Source of the DNA: Paraspadella gotoi
Lineage: Eukaryota > Animalia > Chaetognatha
Reading direction: 5' to 3'
NCBI GenBank assembly: GCA_051294375.1
Contig: CM119271.1
Span: 16,126,770 to 16,190,769 of the forward strand
DNA: 64,000 nucleotides
Made by a program: the position numbers and the translations under genes. Numbering within the stretch: the stretch's first letter is position 1; each line of letters starts with the position of its first letter. This document shows positions 27,601 through 37,309 of this stretch, in pieces. The notes under the pieces were generated by a model. The model ran no database searches and was not told where the DNA came from. It worked only from the letters and a program-made list of their open reading frames with translations.

Positions 27601-29087
27601 AAGGAAATTACCAAAAGGATCTTTGACTTTGAGTTGTTATCAGTCAATCTTAATTGATTTCTTCTTAAAAAAAAATAATGATTTATAAAAAATATAAATA
27701 TATTTAGTATAGCAAGTATATTTTAATCAATATCTCTCACTGTAGTATTAATTTCAACTTTTTTATAAAATTATATTATTTATTATTAACAATCGATCTC
27801 TTTGTTTTTAGCCTCTGGATCGAGACAAAACTCCCGTCATTTCGATCGACGAAGGCGACGGCAGCGTCGGCGGCGGCGGCGGCGGCGCATTGGCTGCTGC
27901 TGCGCTTGGGTTGGACATCGTCCGCGGCGTCGGCCTCAACACCGCCGCTTCGCCGCCACTCGGCGTCCCAAGGAATCTCCCGCCCATCGAAGTCGATCCG
28001 AACGTCGGGTGAGAAGGGAAAAGGATAGGGAAAAGGATAGGGAAATGGATAGGGAAAGAGATAGGGATAGGGAAAAGGTTAGGGAAAAGGATAGGGATAG
28101 AATGATAGGGGAAGTGATAAGGAAACGGATAAGGATAGGAAATGGGAAAAGGAGTTTAGAAAATAAGGAATCTGGATTTGTTCTCAAATGTTTATGAAAA
28201 ATTGCAAGATTACTTGTTTGACTAAATTAGACTTTAAAATTTTATATTAAAATTTTAAAATAAATGTAAAAATTTAATAAATTTCCCTATAATAGTATAT
28301 TCTTTTATATTGTAATGGGGAGAGGGATGTCAGTGTTTTGATCTTTTAAGAGTTTTTCTTATTCCGCAATTTTCTTTGGAATTCTCCCACTCGATCGGTT
28401 CTCCCCTTTTTATTCTCTCAGCCTCTCCCGTCTCCAACATCCCTCCAAGAGGAAGAACTCTGCAGTCCTCGTCCGCGCCTCCTCCGCCGTCGCCGATAAG
28501 AATCCCCGCAACGCCACTGCTGCCGCCGGCGCCTTTAAAGCCGGCGGCGTCCTTCGCGGTCGCGAACCGGCGCCGCCAGACGATCGACCCAACACGACTC
28601 ACACTTTCCGTCCCGATTCCAAACACAACCGGCGTCCTTCGTCCCCCGAATCCGGCGTCGCTGTTCTCGGCGCCGCCAGAAATTCCAAGGTAGCCGGCGC
28701 GGGGAACCTTGGCGCCGGCGTGGGAAACCTTGGCGCCGGCGTGGGTTACCCCCATTCCGACATGAAGCTCACTGGTTAGTGTGGGGAAAAAAAGAAACAA
28801 ATTTAAAGTTAATATTGATGAAAATAATAAAATTTATTATTATTAATAATATTTTTTTTTTTTGAGGCGTGAGTCTCGCTCCCGGCGCGACTTCCTTCCA
28901 CCCGCTCGACTCTCTCCACCATCACCCGTCGGAGGAAGAGGAGGAGGAAGAGGAGGTCTCCGCCGACGACGTCTGGAACTCTTTGCCGACCCGAGGCCGC
29001 AGCGCCAAGAGTCCCAGCGCCGCGAGGATGGCAGGGATCGGCGCCGCCGGGTCACGATTTAAGGGGAAACTCGGTCCTTTCGTTTGA
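24607..29087 (+). CDS. FAM149: FAM149 family protein (DUF3719), ~9 exons
   Basis: Exon 25753-26113 encodes EDEFDRESTRRVQRLFDAVDSWMFE...QNECRDWSVKFPHFRLLGSQLL and the exon from 26529 (EE)VFAIDGHYEEYLAFD, both matching the FAM149A/B1 conserved blocks as I recall them; the rest is low complexity. Last exon 28867-29087. Confidence 0.8.
25284..25516 (+). repeat. Dispersed repeat family A copy (FAM149 intron)
   Basis: Near-identical to 32050-32250 and 18286-18522. Confidence 0.85.
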
Positions 29088-31283
29088 TTGGCTCACGGAT
29101 TAACGGGGTGGGGTTAGATTGGTTTGACTTTTTTCTTGTAAAGATCTGTGAGGAATTATTGCTTGGAAATCTAGAAAGCTTGGTATGTTTGGTGAAATTA
29201 AAGAGACGCTCAAAGAGAGAAGAAAGCTTGGTTTATCTTATGAGAAAGAGAAGAATAAGATGATTATGATGATGATGATGAGGAAGAAGGAATTTTATGA
29301 ACGGGAAATGAGAAGAGAAAATTGCGCCTTGACAAACATTATTATTGATTTAGGAGACAGTTGAGCGAAAAAGAAAACTTTAGGGTGGGAAAGTAAAAGT
29401 TTAACTATACTTTAAGTATAATTACAAAAAAAAACAAGGTGCTTTTCAAAGCTGTAAATGCATCTGGAACTTTTTGAAGGAGTTACCAAGAGAGACCGGT
29501 TTTAAATCTTTGTGTCGAAGCTCGGTCATTGACGAAAGATCGAAATCGAAAAAATAAAACCAAAAATATTATCGATTGTCAAATATTACGCATATTTATC
29601 CTAGTAGTATACATAATATAGTTTCTATATGTGTATTTATACATACCCCAGGATAGAGAAGCGAACCACAAAATGTTGTGAATCGAATTGAATCCATTTT
29701 TTTATAGAATTGACGTTTTAATCGTTTTAGATGTTCGCTCAAGTAGCCCGGTTTCCCGGATATAATAGAGTAGCCCAGTTTCCCGGATGTAATAGAAAGC
29801 ATGAAATATAAAAAGAAGGAAGAAACTACGCGACGACTTTCCGACCCGTCCAATTTTTCAAATCAAGATTTATTTTGAAAAGTTCTGTCGAGAATTATTT
29901 TAGAAGTTTAGAGTCAAATCTCTGGTCATTTTTTGTTTTATTGCGCTCTATTGCTAATCTAGTCATTTTAAAAATACTTTTGTCGTGCTAATTGTAATTT
30001 ATCTCCTGCTGCCTTAAATTACCTATCCCTTTTTTTTTGCATATCTCTTCCGTCCAGTAAAACATTTCACCTTCCGTCCACTCCTTTTCTTATTTTAATT
30101 TTATTTATTTATTTTATTTTATTTATTTTAATTTTATTTGTCCATGACTATTTTTATGTTTAAGAATACGCTGAATGCAATGCTAAAGCCTGAATGCCGC
30201 CATCACTAATCTACTCTCTTTATTTTGACATGAAGCATCGCAGTTAATATTTTCATATTTTTTTTTACCTTTTGTGCATACATTTATTGAATAAATTTTT
30301 GGAAACTTAGGTTCTAATCTCATTGTCAAAACACTTTTCAACTCGTAGTTTTTGAATTTTAGCTATAATTCTTTTAATTTTATTTCAATAAAAGCCACGA
30401 CTAACTTGGGGTATCTGGAGTATATCTAGTCTCCGTTCCGCTGTGTGAAATTAATTATGACTTAACATTACAAAAGGTACGCCACCTTTTGGCGTTCCAA
30501 CATAAAAATATAGTTCATGTATATATTCGTCGTGTGCAACAAGCTGCAAGCATAGCCAAGCATACTTTTAACTGCGTGGAACAGATTATGTTCAGGGATT
30601 TAACTACATATTACTCGGACAAATCCCTTTCTCCTAAATTGAAAATTAGCTAATTTCACTGGATGTCTTTTGTTTTTCCTCTTATTCCTGCGATTTTCCG
30701 CTTGAGGTCACGACTCTTCCTCTCCCCAAATGTCCGCCCTCAATCTTGTCTCTTTAAAAGGAAACAGACTGAGACAAAATGACGGTCGCCGTCGCCGCCT
30801 CCGTCCTCTTCGTCTTTGAGAGACAGAGACAGTGAGAGAGAGAGAGAGAGAGAAAAAAAAAAAAAGAGTGAAACGGAATTTAAATCGAGAATTAACTTGA
30901 GACGAAAATTAAGATTATAAAAACGAAATGGAGACCAACTTCGGAAATTGACTGAAATCTCAACGATTATCTGTCATGTCGCGCACTGTAAATGACAGTG
31001 TCGATCTCCAGAAAGATTTTCAAATCTCTCTCCTTATTTATACGAAGAGGAGCATTGCAGTATTGCGGCAACTCTCGACGAAAACATTTCTCCATTTCGC
31101 CACGATGAAAGATGTCGAATTTTATTGTACCCAAAAAAAAACATGTTTTTTATTCCTGGCTTAATTTTCGAACTGCGGTAACCACTGACACATGATCCCT
31201 AAATGGCCTCATCGTTCTCCACTGACACGAGTTAAGTCAATTTTTAAACGATGACTCGATCGATTGATTGATTTGATTCGAAG

Positions 31284-34200
31284 ATGAATTCGCGAATCAA
31301 ATCAGAATTCGATCGAAAATTGTCCGAAGCTTTTTCTCTTTTGCCTCTCATGAGCGAAGAGGAAAGAAAGGCCGCCTCCGGACTTTTCGCTTCTTACGCG
31401 CGTCTGTCGGTTCGAGACTCATCTCATGCGGACGAGGCCGTCGGGGTTGAGCCAGACGGGGCCGTGCCCAAAAGGGCAATCGTAGCCGCGACGGCCGCAG
31501 CGACCGAGGTCGCCGACGAGCAGCTTCATATTGTAGCGACTGAAAGTGTTCCATTGGTGGAAACCAATTCGGTCGTCGCCATCGATGACTTTAACAATGA
31601 TCTCTATCTCGTCGCCGAGGATGACCCGCGCTGCGACATAGACGCCGCAGCAAACGCCGCAGGAGACTCCGCAGCGGACGAAAACTGGGCGCCGGTCAAC
31701 GATTTTCTCGAGGCAGATATTGACGTCGCCGCCGAAGCAGAGACGAGTGGCTTTGTCGACGTTGAGACGGGGGTCTTAGATGAAGCTGCCGATTCAGAGA
31801 TGGGGATCTTAGACGATTTGGCCGAAGCTGAATCTGCAGACACAGAGAGGAGGGTCTCAGACAACGCGGCTGAAGCAGAGAGGAGAGTCTTAGACGAAGG
31901 AGCCGACGCAGAGAACGGGGTCTTAGCCGAAGAATCGAACGGAAATGTTGACGACTTCGTGTTGGGTGAGCAGAGGGCTTGATGGATGAGTACTTGGGGA
32001 GACGTTGAAAAGAATATTCATTCACAATTATTAATTGTGAGGTTTAATGAAATTGGTACAACCAATATAAAAATTATCCATTCATTTAATAACTAAGCTA
32101 TCTTGCCCCTGACTTTGGACAGGCTTTGGTGGTTTAAGGCCTCCATCACTCTTACAAGATAATGACAAAGCAGGTTCACTCCCAGAGTACCTGGCTTCCC
32201 TATCAATGAAGTGGAAAATATTTCAAAAAATGTTTCAATTGTATGAAAAGATCGGGGAATACTTATAGTACTCCGCACTAGCATCAAAATACAAGGAGCT
32301 AAATTTTATGAAATTGGTACAACCAATATAAAATGTAATTTTTAACTAAAAACAAATTTATTGTGAGGTTTAATATAATTATGCATCAAAGACTAATTAA
32401 ATGGAAGGTATAGTATAATTTTGCATCAAAGAAGCTTTGTATAAATAATAACCTTTTATTCCTTTATTCATCCCGTTTAAATCTTTGTCCTTCTTTTTCT
32501 CCCCCCCCTATTTCTCTCTCTTCCCTCCTTCCTCCACCCACTCCCTCCCTCCAGACTTAGACGACCCCTCTCTCCCCGTGGATCTCTTGACTCAAATGGT
32601 TTTGATCGAAAATCGAGAATTTCGTCGCTTCGATTCTTCGCTCGTCGACGAAGAGGCGATCAAAATGGGCGTGGCCGTGGCGCCGGAAGCGGAAGCGGCG
32701 GAGTCCGAAGCGGAAGGTCGAGATCTCCGGACGCCATCCTTCGTCTCTCTCCTTCGTTCGCCTCTGTTCGAATCGCCTCTCGCTTCGCCCGCTTCCGATT
32801 TCGAGGGGGAAGGAAGGGAGGAAGGTACGAATGGGAGATGAGGTTAATCATATTATTTTTGTTATGGTATTTATAATAATTTTATTTTTATTTATTAATT
32901 AGACATAAATTTGGAAAATGAAAAGGACGACCTCGTCAAGAATCGGGGAAACGTTCGTTGCCGGGAAATTGATGAAGAATTAACTAGAGAAGAAGAAAGG
33001 CGAAGAACTAATGGAAACGTCGGAGAGAAAGAGGGGAACATTGGGGATGAGCAGCGAAATAACGAGGATGAGGAGCCAGACGATGAGTTTATGTCGCGAT
33101 TCAATGGGAATGAGGAGCGATTCGTCGAACTCGATAAATTGAAATCTTCCCATGGCGAAAATCCATCTGTCAATGAGTCTTGGAAATCGAATTCTCTCAC
33201 AGCGGAAAAAGAAAATTCCGACTTAATAACTGGAAAATCCAATAGGACAGAAACTGGGTTCTCTTCTCAAAAATCCACCGCGCCAGGAGCGGAGCCGCGT
33301 CGTCCGCCGCCGCTTTCTCCGCGGCCGGCTTCGCAGCCGCGCAGCTTCGGTTTGGAGCGGACGATCGAATTGGCGAAGAACGCGAGCATCGGGAAGATCG
33401 GAGGATCGAAGATCGAAGCTGAGAGGAGGAAGAGGAGGAGCACGAGGAAGAGGAGGATGAGGTGGACAAAGGACGGACGTTTGATCAAAGAGGAGGTGGG
33501 AAGGAGAGGACAGGGGGTCGGGAAAAAGGGGAGAGGGGGTTGGAAAAAGAGGAAAAGGGGTGGGATAAAGGGAAGAGGGGTGGGACAAAGGGGAGAGGGG
33601 TGGGGTCAAAGGGGAAAGAGGGTAGGACAAAAGGAAAAAAGGGTGCGACAAAGGGGGGGTTGGGCACATGGGTTGAGTTTACAGAGAAATAGTTAACGAA
33701 GGCTCTTCTCTGTTCAAGGATAAAAAATTCCAAACGAAAATGATAATGACAAAATCAAAAGCGACGCCCGAAACTCAAGCGGCGCCGTCCTCCGACCCGG
33801 CGCCGTCTTCCGACCCGGCACCCTCTTCCGTTCCGGCGTCCTCTCTTCCCACTGTCACCGACTTCGTCTGCCCCGTCTGTTCGAAACGCGTGGCGTCAAC
33901 GCGTGGCAACTTCAACGCCCACGTGCGACGCCACGACGCCGTCCCTAAGCCTTTTGCTTGCCAAGAGTGCGACGCCGCTTACCAAACCAAGCAGAACCTC
34001 GAGCGCCACGTGGATGTCAAGGTTTTAGTAGTTATTAATTTGATTCGACAGGAAAAATTAACGAAGAAAATTTAAAAAGAAATAGATTAAGAATATTTGA
34101 ATTAGATGGATAATTTGGGATTTATTAATCCATGATCTTCTATCTGTTGCAGCACCGACGCCGTCGGTCGCACGTCTGCGGTGAATGCGACAAATCCTAC

Positions 34201-36832
34201 GCGCATCAGAGTTCGTTGAAGGCGCACGTGAAGACTCACAATGGGGGAGAGAAGCCTTTTATTTGCGTGAGTCTTTGTTTTGGGTCAGGATTCGGGTCGG
34301 ACGTTTGGCGAACATTCCCTCTCACTCTCATCTCCTTCCTTCTTCAGAGCGAGTGCGCCAAAGGTTTTTACACCGACGCCAATCTCAAAGATCACATGAA
34401 GACTCACGACGGAATTCGAGATTTTCTCTGTGATTTTTGCGGGAAACGATTTCTGCGTCACAGTCATTGGAAAATTCACACGCGACGTCACAATAACGAC
34501 AAAAGGTTTCGATGCGAAGAATGTCATCACCATTTTGTCACTAAATTCGATCTCGACCGACATCAATTGGTGAGGAGGAGGCGATGATGGAGGTGATGAT
34601 TGATTTCCACTCATTTCCACTCATTCTTTGTCACCAGATTCTTTTACTCCATTTAGCTCTCTTACATTATTGTATCGGATTTCTGATTGTTTTTACAACA
34701 ATATATAATATATATTATCAAATCAAATGATATGAATTCGAATTGAATAATGAATATAGTGTGGTGGTACATTCACATATTCACACCGCCTCACGTCCAT
34801 CATCGTTCAGCCAATCCCATTGCCTCAGAGGGGAAACGAGACCTTAACTGTAAGAGAGCTCTTACAAACCGCGCCAGTGACAGGAGGCGTCACTGACTGT
34901 CGGAAGCCCCAAAAGCCAACAGTGAGATGCCCCATCCCAATGGGCATCACAGGGAACCTGGCTGTTGTTATAACAGAAAAGTTTTCAAATACTGCAATAT
35001 GTAAATGAAATTAAAGATTAAAGAATACCTTGTGGCAGCAAGACTTAAAGCTGCCTCACTGCTGTCCGTCCTCAGCCTCATCTCAATGGCTGAGCAGGCT
35101 AAATCATCTCATTCCATCCGTGCGTCCCGGGTTCAATCCCTGGGTATCCCGGTTCTGGCTTTAAATGTGACGGTGCCGGTATAAACATGCCAGTGACAGG
35201 AGGCGGTCACTGAGGGTCCGCAGCCCCTACGCCAGTTGGTGAGATACCCCGCGCCCCGGGTATCACAGGCTATCCTCCCGTTGCCATAAGTGGTGAGCCC
35301 TACTCTCGAACACGCAACCGCTGCGCACCGTGCGCCCACGCTTACGTCGCTTAGGTATGCATATCACGCCTATGCCCTACTTCTCTTCTTAACGTCCAGA
35401 CTCGCTCGCTCGCTCGCCCGCTCGCTCTCACTATGGCAATGAGATCAAAACCTTCTCTCAGACATCTCCTCAGGATTGAGGCCCCTGTGGAGAAGTCTGG
35501 TGGGGGGATCCTGTGGCAGCAAGACTTAAAGCTGCCTCACTGCTGTCCGTCCTCAGCCTCATCTCAATGGCTGAGCAGGCTAAATCATCTCATTCCATCC
35601 GTGCGTCCCGGGTTCAATCCCTGGGTATCCGGTTCTGGCTTAAATGTGACGGTGCCGGTATAAACATGCCAGTGACAGGAGGCGGTCACTGAGGGTCCGC
35701 AGCCCCTACGCCAGTTGGTAGATACCCCGCGCCCCGGTATCACGGCTATCCTCCCGTTTGCATAAACCTTTGATTTTGTTTTGAATCATAATCATCCCCT
35801 TCCACTCCCAGGTCCACTCCCGCCCCGCCTCTAAATCAGATTACCCTTTTCGCTGTTCCGCCTGCGACGCGGCCTTCCTTAGACGTGAGGCTCTCAAGGA
35901 TCACATGAATTTTCACAAAGGAGTCCGCCCTTACAAGTGCGCCGAGTGTCCAAAGACTTACGCGGATCGGAGCAGCATGTCCAAGCACAGGTAAGCAGTT
36001 TATTTAACTAAAGGAAATGCTATTATAATTTTATAATTTTATTATTTTCCTGGACTCAGGAAGCATCACGAGGCTAAAAAGAGAAGCGAAGTTATGGTTG
36101 AAGCGAAAAGAAAAACGTCCGCTCTTGATGCCAAGTGAGGATTTAATTTCGAATTTGTAACTAGAATAAGAATAATTAAATGTATAGAATAAAATTTATA
36201 AAATTTATAAAATTTATCAATACTTTTAATCAGAATCCTGCAATATGCAAATGAGTTTGATAAACTCAATCTTGTTTGAACTGATCCACAATTTAACATA
36301 CTACACATTTAGCACCGAAGGAACTAACATCCTCTTAAAAGCGGCGCTACTTTCCGACATCGACGCCGCCTCCGCCGCACACCTTCCGTCACCGCAGCGC
36401 CGCCCCGACGCCGCCTCGCCGCCTGTCTACACTCTGGACGCCTGGCGACGGACGGAGGCGGCGTCGGCGTTGGCGGGGCTGCGGGACGCGGCGCCGTCGA
36501 ACCCTGCGACGGCTACGCTGCTTCTCAGCGCCGACGGATTCGGCACAGAGTGGACGCTCGTCGACACCGAAGACGGCGCCGTTTTTGACGCCGCCACTTG
36601 CGTCGTCGTCGACGCCGCTGAAGTTTACAGCGGCGGCGGAGGGGAGGCGGCGACGGAGACGACGATAGAGACGGAGACGACGATAGAGACGGAGACGACG
36701 ATAGAGACGGAGGCAAAAACAGAAAGGATCGTGAAAAACGAAACGAAATTAAAAAAGAAGAAGAAAAGAAAAAAAAGAGAGAAAAGTCAGTCTGTCTTCG
36801 TCGACGAAGAGAAAATAATTAAAAAGAAATAA
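31284..36832 (+). CDS. C2H2 zinc-finger transcription factor, acidic N-terminus, 8 fingers, ~9 exons
   Basis: Exons ~31284-31965, 32554-32824, 32902-33495, 33719-34021, 34153-34266, 34348-34569, 35812-35990, 36060-36134, 36313-36832. Fingers: CPVC..AHVRRH, CQEC..RHVDVK|H, CGEC..AHVKTH, C|SEC..DHMKTH, CDFC..IHTRRH, CEEC..RHQL|VH, CSAC..DHMNFH, CAEC..KHR|KHH; GEKPF and GVRPY linkers. Confidence 0.88.
32050..32285 (+). repeat. Dispersed repeat family A copy ending in hairpin + CTAG
   Basis: Same core as 25284; ends cggggaatac-ttata-gtactccg-caCTAG, reminiscent of a Helitron 3' end. Confidence 0.8.
34760..34972 (+). mobile_element. Diverged solo LTR of the TRIM family
   Basis: Starts TGTGG, ends GTTGTTATA; contains GC-CAGTGAC-aggaggc-GTCACTG, a TCGGAAGC loop and a gatgccc/gggcatc hairpin colinear with LTR1; the B-box region is missing; flanks atag/acag. 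Confidence 0.7.
35087..35140 (+). promoter_or_regulatory. tRNA-type Pol III internal promoter (A box + B box) in LTR1; repeated in LTR2 (35568-35621)
   Basis: A box TGGCTGAGCAGG (35087-35098) and B box GGTTCAATCCC (35130-35140), starts 43 nt apart as in tRNA genes. Confidence 0.75.
35155..35235 (+). ncRNA. Candidate twister ribozyme, type P5 permutation (LTR1)
   Basis: P5 CTGGC(35155-59)/GCCAG(35231-35); P2 ATGT(35165-68)/ACAT(35185-88); conserved GA(35169-70); T1 CGG(35171-73) with L4 CCG; minimal P1 hairpin; cleavage triplet T|AA(35182-84); T2 GC(35189-90) with L4 GC; P3 CAGTGAC/GTCACTG; P4 AGGG/CCCT; L4 TCCGCAGC. Confidence 0.8.
35635..35714 (+). ncRNA. Candidate twister ribozyme, type P5 permutation (LTR2)
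   Basis: Same core as the LTR1 copy; predicted cleavage T35661|A35662. Confidence 0.8.
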
Positions 36833-37309
36833 AATAAGAAAAACTAAATTTCATCCGGAAAAAGTTGAGGAAAATTTGGCGGATTTGATTTTGATTTAAA
36901 AATGTCTCTCTTGTGAATTCTTCCGTGATAAAATAGAATTGATTTCTAATTATACCTCGCGTCTTTCTCGTTTATCATTGTTAATTTTTTTTATTTATTA
37001 CTTATATTTTTTTATAGCTTTAAAAAAATGTCACGAACTTTGATCGTCGTCGCCGCCGCTCGATTTTCTCCACTTGAGTCTCGAATGAATGACGATCGAA
37101 TTTCTCCCTTTTTCCTTCGCCGCCGCAGTCGCCGCTGACCGCCGCTTCCCAGCCGCAGCTCAGAAATGAACTCATTTTCAGATATTTGAAAATAAGAGAC
37201 TCACCCTTTTCCCGCAGGGGATCAGGGTAGGGGGGTTCCCTTTCCCACCCTCCTAACCCCCATAATCCCCCCCCTGAACCCTCAACCACCCCTCACCCCC
37301 CCCCCAACT

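Larger units (their letters stand above)
35031..35764 (+). mobile_element. Non-autonomous LTR retroelement (TRIM): LTR1 35031-35288, internal 35289-35511, LTR2 35512-35764
   Basis: Two near-identical ~255-bp direct repeats with imperfect inverted termini TGTGGCAGC...GTTGCCATA; PBS-like TGGTGAGCCC at 35291 two nt after LTR1; purine-rich GGAGAAGTCTGGTGGGGGGA (35489-35508) just before LTR2; flanks TACCT / AACCT (TSD); no coding capacity. Confidence 0.88.

Noticed and set aside
35080-35150. Functional tRNA gene
   Set aside because: A and B boxes are present but I cannot build an acceptor or anticodon stem, and the segment is embedded in an LTR.
35031-35764. Two independent tRNA-SINE insertions
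   Set aside because: Identity extends 56 nt upstream of the A box to a TGT start, the termini are inverted, PBS- and PPT-like motifs sit at the inner edges, a single TSD flanks the pair, and there are no A-rich or simple-repeat tails.
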